Part shown: one piece after another, positions 8,808 to 17,116 of the stretch | How positions within the stretch are numbered: position 1 is the first letter of the stretch | Layout of the letters: every line of letters starts with the position of its first letter | NCBI GenBank assembly: GCA_963771995.1 | Contig: CAVYVR010000006.1 | Location: 570,344-602,343 of the forward strand | Length of the DNA: 32,000 nt | Source: an uncultured Methanobacteriaceae archaeon | GTDB lineage: Archaea; Methanobacteriota; Methanobacteria; Methanobacteriales; Methanobacteriaceae | Direction of reading: 5' to 3' | Translations under genes and position numbers: made by a program | Notes under the pieces: generated by a model | The model's input: the letters and a program-made list of their open reading frames with translations, nothing else | The model's database searches: none | What the model was told of the DNA's origin: nothing

Positions 8808-8832
8808 TTGCATTTAAAATTCGTAAATGCAA
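8808..8832. promoter_or_regulatory. 9-bp inverted repeat (TTGCATTTA-N7-TAAATGCAA) between a TATA-like box (TTTATAT, 8798-8804) and the RBS of the MraY-like gene
   Basis: Both arms were read directly and are exact reverse complements. AAGGTGG (8855-8861) and TTG start 8866 follow. Confidence 0.35.
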
Positions 8833-8865
8833 TACTTTCCAATAAAAGAATTATAAGGTGGTATT

Positions 8866-9939
8866 TTGAGCAATATTCAGTTAGAAATTTTCATATTCTT
8901 ACTCGCGTTCATATCAACAGCACTTTTTACCCTTTTTATAAAAAAGGCTTTGAAATATGCAGATATTAAAGATAAACCAATAGTAACAGAACACAGCCAT
9001 AAAGCAGGCACACCTACAATGGGAGGATTAGCAATACTTATGGGAGTTCTTCTTATTGCATGTGTTTACTATACAGATAAAAATCTTATTCTAACCGTCA
9101 TGATTATGATGACCGCTGGAATCGTGGGATTGATGGACGATCTCATAGGACTTAAAACCAAGGAAATTCAGAAGGTAATAAAAAACATCAGCCCAAAACC
9201 TGTTGAAATTGGAAGGTTGAAACTAAAGACTGGCGAAAATGCCAGGGTAACTACTCCTAAAGCCAAAAAAGACCTTGAATATCTCCTGAAAAATAATCTA
9301 GTCGAGATAACCGGTGAAGCACCCATAAAAAGTGAGATTAAAGAAAATGAGAAAATTTTGGCCCAGATCCTAGTTTCTTTGTTTCTTGTAGCTTCAGGAG
9401 CTGTTGGTGCTTCTGTACTAGGATTTAACATTGGACTGTTAACAATTCCCCTAGTGATATGCGGGATAGTTGGGGCTATTAATTCTGTAAATCTTATAGA
9501 TGGAATGGATGGCCTTGCTGCAGGAATAATAGCTATAGCCTCGATTGCATCGGCTATATTTGCAATATCCACTGGAAACACCAATGGAGCAATACCTTTT
9601 ATTGTAATTGCTGGAGCATGTGTAGGATTTCTTGTATATAACAAGTATCCTGCAAGTATTTTTATGGGCGATACAGGTGCATTTGCCCTTGGAGCGGGTT
9701 ACATAACAGCAGCATTTTTAGGGGATGTAATCTACTTTGCAGTAATAGCAATAGCAGTTCCAATAATATCAGTTGTTGTTAGCCTTCTTCATAGAGCACA
9801 TTTCATAAAACTTCCTGTAGAACCCCTCCATCACACTCTTAACTACAAAGGATTGTCCGAGAAGAAAATTGTCTTAATTTATTGGGCGGCGACTTTAATA
9901 GTTTGTTTGGGTGCATTGTATGGATACCACGCACTTTAA
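8866..9939 (+). CDS. MraY/WecA-family (GT4) polyprenyl-phosphate phospho-sugar transferase, MraY-like, with a long hydrophilic insert
   Basis: The product is a multi-pass membrane protein. Motifs seen are PTMGGLAILMG, GLMDDLIGLK, NLIDGMDGLAAG, NKYPASIFMGDTGAFALGA and HH near the C-terminus. An insert of roughly 70 aa (KEIQKVIKNISPKP...IKENEKI) follows the DD motif. RBS AAGGTGG precedes the TTG start. Confidence 0.9.
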   Translation: MSNIQLEIFIFLLAFISTALFTLFIKKALKYADIKDKPIVTEHSHKAGTPTMGGLAILMGVLLIACVYYTDKNLILTVMIMMTAGIVGLMDDLIGLKTKEIQKVIKNISPKPVEIGRLKLKTGENARVTTPKAKKDLEYLLKNNLVEITGEAPIKSEIKENEKILAQILVSLFLVASGAVGASVLGFNIGLLTIPLVICGIVGAINSVNLIDGMDGLAAGIIAIASIASAIFAISTGNTNGAIPFIVIAGACVGFLVYNKYPASIFMGDTGAFALGAGYITAAFLGDVIYFAVIAIAVPIISVVVSLLHRAHFIKLPVEPLHHTLNYKGLSEKKIVLIYWAATLIVCLGALYGYHAL

Positions 9940-9971
9940 TCATAAAATCAATCAACCTAAGGAAAAATAAA

Positions 9972-11471
9972 ATGAATAATATCACAACATCTTACTTGGC
10001 CAAAAAGGTGAATGGAAAGTTAATAGGGGATCGAAAACCTATAAACGGGATTTTCACCTTTTTAAACAGTGCACAATCTGGTGATGTGGTAGTGAGGCAT
10101 TGGATTGATGAACATGGAGTGGAAATAGCTGCCCAAAAAAATGTATCGTGCATTGTAACTCAAAATCCAAGAGGAAAAACCGAAGAAATTGCCCATAAAC
10201 TCGGAATACCCCTTATAATTACGTCTAAAATTGAATTTGCTAATGCATTCGCAATAAAATGGGCAATTAAAAATTTTGCCAAAGACTCCCTTCGTGTAGT
10301 TGTAACTGGAACTAATGGAAAATCTACCACAGCCCATATGATATATACAATCCTAAAAAATTCAGGTTATATTACTTACACAAATACAGATGCAAAATCT
10401 GAATTTAACACCCTGATCGACCCAATTGTTGCAAAACAGATCGCAGAATTCGAAACTCTTAACAATAAAAAAATTCAGGCCATGGTTGTTGAGGTTTCAG
10501 AGGTTCAAGGATGGTTAGATAAACTAATGAAAGATCATGCACAAATCATGACTTCAGCAGTAGATCCAGATGTTTTGGTTATCACCAACATAAGCCTCGA
10601 TCACATAGGTCTTGTAAATTCTATTGAAGAAACATTTGATGAGATCTATGGATCATTAAAAGCTATTTCCAATAAATCCTCAAAGGATGGTTCAGCTGAA
10701 GGGATCATCAAAAATGACAAGTATGCTGTTTTAAATTCAGATGACCCTCTTTTATGGAAAATGGGACAACTTGTAGAAAATCATGAAATTAAACTTTTAT
10801 TCTATGGAAGCAACCCTGAGGGATCTATCCCTCCAAATATAACCATGAGATCTGATGGAATTTATATGGGCAATGATCTATTTTTAAAAACAGAGAAACT
10901 TCCATTTCAAAGCAAACACTTCCTACAAAACACCATGGCAGCGATAAGTGCATGTATAGCTTTGGATATCAATATAGAATCTATTAAAACGTCAATTTCA
11001 TCATATAAACCCCTTAATAGAAGATTCACAGTTCTTGGCACTGAACCCACTGTTATTGATGATTTTGCCCACAACCCTGAGGGTATAATAGCTACGATAC
11101 AAAGCACGGCGAAAATGTGTAATGGGGTTTTGTATGTTGTATTTGCAATTAGAGGTTCCAGAGGAGAATCAATTAATATTTTAAACACAGAAGCAGTTAT
11201 AAAAGGCCTTGAAGGAATTAATCATTGTCTAATTATTACAAGCAGTGAAGAAGTAGTCGATGATGCAAACACTGTAACAGCACATGAAAAAGATATGGTG
11301 ATCGAAACTCTAGAAAAGTATGGTGAAAAATATATATTTCAAAAAAAATTATATCCTTCACTTGAGCACAGTGTAAAGTCAGCAAAAGCAAATGATACCA
11401 TCTTACTCATTGGTGCTCAGGGAATGGACCCTGCAAGTGAAATATTGAAAAAAATTTATATGGATATATAA
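9972..11471 (+). CDS. Mur ligase family protein, MurE/MurF-like (pseudomurein-type peptide ligase candidate)
   Basis: The N-domain GKLIGD...GDVVVRHWIDEHGVEIAAQKNVSCIVTQ is MurF-like. The central domain shows VVVTGTNGKSTTAHMIY, VVEVSEVQG, VITNISLDHIG and NSDDP. The C-domain shows PLNRRFTVLG and VIDDFAHNPEG. ATG 9972 (MNNITTSY) was chosen over the track start 9882, which overlaps the upstream gene. Confidence 0.9.
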   Translation: MNNITTSYLAKKVNGKLIGDRKPINGIFTFLNSAQSGDVVVRHWIDEHGVEIAAQKNVSCIVTQNPRGKTEEIAHKLGIPLIITSKIEFANAFAIKWAIKNFAKDSLRVVVTGTNGKSTTAHMIYTILKNSGYITYTNTDAKSEFNTLIDPIVAKQIAEFETLNNKKIQAMVVEVSEVQGWLDKLMKDHAQIMTSAVDPDVLVITNISLDHIGLVNSIEETFDEIYGSLKAISNKSSKDGSAEGIIKNDKYAVLNSDDPLLWKMGQLVENHEIKLLFYGSNPEGSIPPNITMRSDGIYMGNDLFLKTEKLPFQSKHFLQNTMAAISACIALDINIESIKTSISSYKPLNRRFTVLGTEPTVIDDFAHNPEGIIATIQSTAKMCNGVLYVVFAIRGSRGESINILNTEAVIKGLEGINHCLIITSSEEVVDDANTVTAHEKDMVIETLEKYGEKYIFQKKLYPSLEHSVKSAKANDTILLIGAQGMDPASEILKKIYMDI

Positions 11472-11528
11472 TTGAAGAATTTTTTAGAACTTAAGAAAAT
11501 ACAAAATTTATTGATTAAATATTAATTA

Positions 11529-11550
11529 TTTTTTTTTAAAGATTTTTTTT
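11529..11550 (+). terminator. Double oligo-T tract (T9 then T8) downstream of the MurE/F-like ligase
   Basis: T9 lies at 11529-11537 and T8 at 11543-11550, with a T6 at 11480-11485. The tracts sit in the 246-nt gap before the next ligase gene and suggest a transcription-unit boundary. Confidence 0.4.
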
Positions 11551-11717
11551 ACTATCCTATACAGAAAATTTAATTTACAATGTAGTGAATATCCATGTAA
11601 TCCAATATAGAAGATAAAATAAATGAGAAATTGAGGTAAATATTAAATAAACTGACCATATTAAAGTAATTTCATAAGTTTACAAGAATTTATTAAAAAA
11701 ATTCATGAGAAATTGTT

Positions 11718-13127
11718 ATGAACTGTATAATAATTGGAGCAGGCAATGCAGGACGTCCTGCAGCTAGGATCTTGAACCACGTAGGTAACAAGGTCATATT
11801 AACTGACAGAAAACTCCTCGAAGAATTTCCAGAAATGGTGCAAAAAACCCTTAAAGTAATGGAAAAGGAGGGGATAGAACTTCTTCTAGGTTTTGATCCA
11901 TCTACAAAAATTAAAAACGTTGATTGTGCCTATGTATCTCCTACAGTGCCTGAGAATTCGCCAATAAAAAAATTGTTGAAAGAAAATGAAATTGGAATAT
12001 TAAGCAACGAATACATTTCAAAAGTTATAAACGATTTATTAAAGCTAGATGTTATTGGAATAACTGGAACCCTTGGAAAAACAAGCACCACCCATATCCT
12101 TTCGGAGATATTCAAAGAAGCGGGTTATAAAGTGTGGACATGTTCATCCCGCATGGGTAACCTTTTAAGCGAGGTTATAGTGGAGGGTATTGTTGAGGGA
12201 CTCAACATCAAAAACAACATTGCTGTACTTGAACTTCCACACGGGACTTCCAGACTCATGTCGCAAGTTGATCTTAAAGTTGGAGTAATTACCAACATAT
12301 ACCCAGACCATCTAGATGAATTTGACTATTCAATGGAGAAATATGTTGCACGAAAATTGTTTATTGCAAATTCCAGTAATATTCTAGTTTCCGGATTACA
12401 GTGCAAGGAATATATAGAAGCCATTAGAGACGATACAATATATTATTGTCCAGAAAATAACAATATTTGTCATGTTATGGGGAAATTAGAAGATGGAATT
12501 TTGAATATAACTTTTGATATTCCTCAAATAGAAATCAAAGGCTGCTTTGAAACAGCCTTCAAATTGTTAGGATACTACTTTGAAAACTCCATCGCAGCTT
12601 CTGCCGCTGCAATTGCATACGGACTAGATGAAAAGTTTATAATAGCTGGTTTAAAAAGTTTCAAAGGAATTGCAGGACATATGGAGTATATTGGAAATTT
12701 CAATGGGAGAGAAGTACATTTTGATGCCGCTTTTGTGCCCGAAGGACTAATTAATACCCTCGAAAGTTTCCATGATCAGGAATTAATCGTTTTAATAGAC
12801 AACCCTGACAGTACCAATCCCAGGGACAAGTTCAAAGTGGGTGAAGTGGTTGGAAAATATGCAAAGGTAATAATCTGTAGTGGATTCAATGAAACAACCA
12901 AAAAACCAGATATTGAAGCAGCGAACGAAGTTATAATTGGTGCTGGGAAATCTAAAGCCCTGAAGATCCCTGTTGAAGATATGATTACAGCTGGAAAATT
13001 ATCTATTAAACATTCCACACCAGGATGTACCATTTTGCACGTTGGTCCTGGAGCTATAACCAATTATGATGATGTTAAGTTCAAGATGATATCAGGCATC
13101 AAGATAGGATGTAAAAAATATGAATAG
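11718..13127 (+). CDS. Mur ligase family protein, MurD-like N-terminal Rossmann domain, divergent C-domain
   Basis: [30 protein letters not shown] is a MurD-like N-domain. [24 protein letters not shown] and [13 protein letters not shown] follow. The C-domain reads [10 protein letters not shown] and [10 protein letters not shown] where Mur ligases usually show GR.E and D.AHNP. Confidence 0.88.
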   Translation: MNCIIIGAGNAGRPAARILNHVGNKVILTDRKLLEEFPEMVQKTLKVMEKEGIELLLGFDPSTKIKNVDCAYVSPTVPENSPIKKLLKENEIGILSNEYISKVINDLLKLDVIGITGTLGKTSTTHILSEIFKEAGYKVWTCSSRMGNLLSEVIVEGIVEGLNIKNNIAVLELPHGTSRLMSQVDLKVGVITNIYPDHLDEFDYSMEKYVARKLFIANSSNILVSGLQCKEYIEAIRDDTIYYCPENNNICHVMGKLEDGILNITFDIPQIEIKGCFETAFKLLGYYFENSIAASAAAIAYGLDEKFIIAGLKSFKGIAGHMEYIGNFNGREVHFDAAFVPEGLINTLESFHDQELIVLIDNPDSTNPRDKFKVGEVVGKYAKVIICSGFNETTKKPDIEAANEVIIGAGKSKALKIPVEDMITAGKLSIKHSTPGCTILHVGPGAITNYDDVKFKMISGIKIGCKKYE

Positions 13128-14673
13128 TACAGCTAAAACTGATGGAAACCAAGATCGTCGGGAGGATTCTTATGTTTACGGGGTTATAGGAATATGTGGT
13201 GTTGTTTCGAATCTCATTGCAAGGATATTAATGGATCATGGTTTTGAAGTAATTGGAACAGATATTCATACAAAGGAAGAGTGTAAATACATCTACACAT
13301 TCGAAAAGTACAAATTAACCCTTTTACTATCAGAACATCCTGAATCATTTTTTGAAAAATCAACTTGTATAATTCCTCCTCCAAGTCTTCCTGAAAGTTC
13401 TGTACTCTTTAAGAAATTAAAAGAATTTGGCAATATATTAACTGTTGAAGATTTTCTGAAAATTTTCAAACCTGAAAAACCTGTAGTCTGTATATCAGGA
13501 ACTAACGGAAAAACCACTACTACCACTCTTCTAAAGCATATATGTAGAAATTCGGGTCTCGAACCAACAGAACATGGATTTAAAAATTTACAGGGGAATA
13601 TCGATTATATTCCCCCTTTACAGGCTAGACTCAATGGAGATGTCGCTGTTCTTGAGACGGGAACGTTTGGAAAACCAGGAGATCTAAAAATTATGGTTGA
13701 ACGATGCGAACCAGACTGCGGAATTGTAACTAACATCAATCCAGACCATCTCAATGAAAACCTTGATTTCATGGATTATGCAAGTATTAAGGGTGAATTT
13801 ATAACATATTTCAAAGATAAAGCTTTGATAGTGAATTCTGATGATCCCACAGTTTATGGTTTAGTTGATGATGATGAACAGGATGTTGTTACGTTTGGTG
13901 TTGATTCAGCTAGATCTGGAATCGGTTACAAAAAATGCTGGTGTGGAAGAGAAATTAGAGTTGATGAAACAATTACAGGTTCGGGGTTGTACAGTTGTGA
14001 ATGTGGATTAAAGAGGCCAGAACCAGACTATCTTGCAATGGATTTAGATGAATCGAATGGAAAATTCACTCTTAAAACTCCTGATGAGGTTTTGGATATA
14101 CAGATGAAATTAATTGGACTCCACAACGTGTACAATACTCTAGGAGCATTTATTGCTGCAAAAGAATTCTTTAAAATACCCAGTAATGAGATTATAAATG
14201 CAATTGAAAGTTTTGAAGGTGTTCCTGGTAGGATTGAATACTTGTATAGTTATAATGAAATTGATGTTTTAATCGACTACGGCCATAACCCCGCAGGTAT
14301 CGAAACTGTTCTAAGAGAGCTTAAAAAGGTTTATAATAAAATTACGGTGGTTATTACTGTTTCTTCAGAATCCGGAGATTCAGGAGATTTAGAGATACTC
14401 GAAAGAGCCTTAGAAAATGGGGATTTCGTGGTGCCTGCATCCTTTGCATCCAGAAAAGCCGCAGAAAAAAAAGAAGAAAATATTTCTTCCAATAAGATCG
14501 TGTATACGGATTTGTACCCAGTAAATTTTAAAAATGGAACTCTTGGGGCAAATTCTGACCAAGTGTTAGAAGGGCTTAAAAAAGGATTGGAATGTGAAAC
14601 AAACGCATTAGTATGTCTTGGGGAAGCAGCATTTAAATATAAAGAAAATATTCTCAAATGGAAAAATTTGTAA
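13120..14673 (+). CDS. Mur ligase family protein, MurC-like N-domain, with a Cys4 zinc-ribbon-like insertion in the central domain
   Basis: [30 protein letters not shown] is MurC-like. [63 protein letters not shown] and [10 protein letters not shown] follow. The insertion is [34 protein letters not shown]. The start overlaps the previous stop (ATGAATAG), which implies translational coupling. Confidence 0.9.
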   Translation: MNSTAKTDGNQDRREDSYVYGVIGICGVVSNLIARILMDHGFEVIGTDIHTKEECKYIYTFEKYKLTLLLSEHPESFFEKSTCIIPPPSLPESSVLFKKLKEFGNILTVEDFLKIFKPEKPVVCISGTNGKTTTTTLLKHICRNSGLEPTEHGFKNLQGNIDYIPPLQARLNGDVAVLETGTFGKPGDLKIMVERCEPDCGIVTNINPDHLNENLDFMDYASIKGEFITYFKDKALIVNSDDPTVYGLVDDDEQDVVTFGVDSARSGIGYKKCWCGREIRVDETITGSGLYSCECGLKRPEPDYLAMDLDESNGKFTLKTPDEVLDIQMKLIGLHNVYNTLGAFIAAKEFFKIPSNEIINAIESFEGVPGRIEYLYSYNEIDVLIDYGHNPAGIETVLRELKKVYNKITVVITVSSESGDSGDLEILERALENGDFVVPASFASRKAAEKKEENISSNKIVYTDLYPVNFKNGTLGANSDQVLEGLKKGLECETNALVCLGEAAFKYKENILKWKNL

Positions 14674-14812
14674 AATTTTGAAATTTGTTTATATGCTTCT
14701 TATAAAGGTAATACTTTGCATACTATTATATCAATAAAGATTAAATCAAATAAGATAAGATCAAATAAATTTTATAAAGTGCATATTATCAATGCACAAA
14801 ATAGGTGAAAGA

Positions 14813-15262
14813 ATGTTCATAAAAATTAGGAGAGATACGTTAATCATCTTATTACTGGCCTTCATGCTCATTGTATCAGGGAGGGTCATGACTTACATGT
14901 CTTATGCATCATCCACCGATGTGGGTGATCAGGGCGTTCAAATATCCGGAATAATGGTAAAGGGGAATGATATAGTCCCATCAGATTCCATAAAAAGTAG
15001 TTTAGCTGATGTTGGATTTAGATCAGGAAGTTATATAGCAGGAGATACCCTTGTTACTAGTAAACGTAAGGTTCCATTGAATGAAGCAATAGACAATGCC
15101 AAACAGGCAGTCATGTTAACAACAATACCGGGTACACAGATTACACCGATTGTTGCAGCAGATGTCCAAGTAAACAAGGATACTGGAACTGTAACAGTAA
15201 ATGTTATTGAAGACTTCTCAAACATTCACATTAGTGGACAGGGAATTAATGGAACCTACTAG
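14813..15262 (+). CDS. Bitopic membrane protein of unknown function: N-terminal TM anchor plus an extracytoplasmic domain with a POTRA/FtsQ-like sequence pattern
   Basis: The anchor is MFIKIRRDTLIILLLAFMLIVSG. The domain is VQISGIMVKGNDIVPSDSIKSSLADVGFRSGSYIAGD...AIDNAKQAVMLT...VAADVQVNKDTGTVTVNVIE. GGTGA at 14804-14808 precedes ATG 14813, and ATG 14792 is an alternative start. The POTRA assignment is by eye only. Confidence 0.8.
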   Translation: MFIKIRRDTLIILLLAFMLIVSGRVMTYMSYASSTDVGDQGVQISGIMVKGNDIVPSDSIKSSLADVGFRSGSYIAGDTLVTSKRKVPLNEAIDNAKQAVMLTTIPGTQITPIVAADVQVNKDTGTVTVNVIEDFSNIHISGQGINGTY

Positions 15263-15272
15263 GGGTTAGATC

Positions 15273-16535
15273 ATGGTAAAATTAAATATTATGAAGTTAG
15301 CAATACTTGTAATAACTATTACAATGGTTGTTGGCACATCAGCAGCTACAATGAATGTTGTGGTTATAACAGACCCCACAGGACAGGATCCGAATGGGGC
15401 CGCAGCCGGAAGTCAATCATGGGCGGCAAATATGTTTCAGTCAACATTTATACTGTCTAAAACTAATCACTTTGCTGTACTATCTGGTGGTGAGGGTAAT
15501 GCTACGCCTAGACTTGCTGCAATTGTTTCTGCCTTAAACGTTATGGAAAGCGGAGGCACTCCAGCCCAAGCAGCAACATTAGCTAATCAATTTTCCGGTA
15601 TACGAGTCATGGTAGGATCAGCCACACAAGGGGCGGCTGTTGGCGGTTATTTCGATGCCTATGTTGTAATAGTATCACCTAACGGTACAATAACAATAAC
15701 CCCCTACAAAAGTGGTTTGGCTGTACTTCCAGCGGGCGATAAAGGAGCAATAATACATCTTTTAAATACTCCAGGTAACCCTCAGTACGGTTCTGCCGAT
15801 GCTGTGCGGCTGCAAACAGCAGAACTGATGGGACAAATGATAAGAGACGGTTATCCTGCCACAGATGTTTTAGGGGCAGCGTTTAAGAATGTTGCTGTAA
15901 ATGCTGGTGAAAAACACGGTGGAGGGGCTGTAAATCTTGTTTCAGAAATAACGACTGGGGACATGTTCACCCCAACAGCACTTAACACAACAGGATTTCC
16001 AATGGATTCACCGTACAGTAAAACAAGTCCAAATGGATGGAGTATTGCATATCCTGAAGCTGATAACTACCAAACAAGTCCTATTGATGGTACCAACCTT
16101 ACAACCGTTTATGCATATGATGCATTAAAAAATGCTATTACGGTAACAGGAAATTCCACAGCAGTATCCGTCTATGGAACAGATGCTCCGGGAGTTTCAG
16201 AAACTACCCAAGAAATAGTGGATGCTTCTGTGGCAAAACATGGATTCAGCAATACACTAATTGCTTCTGATATCAACAAAGCAATAGCCAGCGGACTAAT
16301 AATTGGTGTTAACGACGTGGAAGCTAAAGATATAAACCTAAACCCCACTCAAAATGCAGTTGGAGTATATTTTACTCCACTACCGAACGACAGAACTGCT
16401 CCAGCATGGAATATACCAATAAGCTCATCAATTTTGAACATATTAGGGAACATGCAGACAGCGATAGGCTTGATATTGATTATTTTAGTCCTCTTTAGAA
16501 GTACTTTAATATCCTCTTTCATAAGGAAAAAATAA
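15273..16535 (+). CDS. Exported protein of unknown function: signal peptide, Ala/Gly/Thr-rich ectodomain of about 370 aa, C-terminal TM anchor with a basic tail
   Basis: The signal-like N-terminus is MVKLNIMKLAILVITITMVVGTSAA|TMNVVV. The C-terminus is AIGLILIILVLFRSTLISSFIRKK. Five N-x-S/T sequons are present (NAT, NGT, NTT, NLT, NST). A GGGG RBS lies 6 nt before the ATG, 10 nt after the upstream stop. The gene is visibly richer in GCN/GGN codons than its neighbours. Confidence 0.88.
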   Translation: MVKLNIMKLAILVITITMVVGTSAATMNVVVITDPTGQDPNGAAAGSQSWAANMFQSTFILSKTNHFAVLSGGEGNATPRLAAIVSALNVMESGGTPAQAATLANQFSGIRVMVGSATQGAAVGGYFDAYVVIVSPNGTITITPYKSGLAVLPAGDKGAIIHLLNTPGNPQYGSADAVRLQTAELMGQMIRDGYPATDVLGAAFKNVAVNAGEKHGGGAVNLVSEITTGDMFTPTALNTTGFPMDSPYSKTSPNGWSIAYPEADNYQTSPIDGTNLTTVYAYDALKNAITVTGNSTAVSVYGTDAPGVSETTQEIVDASVAKHGFSNTLIASDINKAIASGLIIGVNDVEAKDINLNPTQNAVGVYFTPLPNDRTAPAWNIPISSSILNILGNMQTAIGLILIILVLFRSTLISSFIRKK

Positions 16536-16668
16536 TTCATAAATATTTTGGAGCTAAAAATTATCTTAAAAAAAAGGATGAGATGAAATCATCTTAATTC
16601 CTTAAAATTTATTTTATAACTTATTTTATAGATTTATTCTATTTAATAACTAGAAGGAGTAAAAAAAT

Positions 16669-17022
16669 ATGGCCTTAATTTTAATACGTGCTGAGGATCA
16701 GGGAAAACTTTTAAACACCCTTGCAGACATCGAAAGACATGCTGGACTGAAAGTAGCCGGGAAACCTAGAATAATAGACCCCAAAAAAGCTGATGAAATT
16801 GCAGGAAAAATATTAAAACAACAATTACGTTCAAAATCAGATATAGCAGTCCTTGTTCGCGTTGAAGATGACACAACTAAAAGTATTGTTCAGATAAGAA
16901 AAATTCATCCACCAGCACATGTAATAGTGATCAGCGAGGAGTATGGTGAATTCAAAAAATTAGAAGAAGCATTTCATGGATTAACATATCTGAAAGGATA
17001 TTACTCCCATAAAAACAAGTAA
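16669..17022 (+). CDS. Small cytoplasmic hypothetical protein (117 aa)
   Basis: A clean ORF with AAGGAG at 16654-16659 before the ATG. TATA-like repeats lie upstream (TTATTTTATA twice, 16609-16631). I recognise no motif in the product. Confidence 0.7.
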   Translation: MALILIRAEDQGKLLNTLADIERHAGLKVAGKPRIIDPKKADEIAGKILKQQLRSKSDIAVLVRVEDDTTKSIVQIRKIHPPAHVIVISEEYGEFKKLEEAFHGLTYLKGYYSHKNK

Positions 17023-17082
17023 TTCAAGAAAATTTTAGTTCTTGAATATATAATAAAATATCATAATAATTGGAATAAATAA

Positions 17083-17102
17083 TGATTGAATGATTTCAAT
17101 CA
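17083..17102. terminator. 8-bp stem / 4-nt loop hairpin (TGATTGAA-TGAT-TTCAATCA) between convergent genes
   Basis: The arms are exact reverse complements. The hairpin lies between the stop of 16669..17022 (+) and the stop of the MBF1 gene (-). Its role as a terminator is inferred from position only. Confidence 0.3.
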
Positions 17103-17116
17103 AATATTATATTCAA

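Noticed and set aside
9168-9644. 158-aa reverse-strand ORF inside the MraY-like gene
   Set aside because: It is antisense to a gene with strong MraY/WecA motifs. Its product is a Pro/Ile/Ala-rich mirror of a membrane protein and it has no RBS.
16581-16597. Short hairpin (GATGA-AAT-TCATC region) after the exported-protein gene, considered as a terminator
   Set aside because: The stem is only about 5 bp with a minimal loop and no adjoining T tract on the + strand. That is too weak to call.
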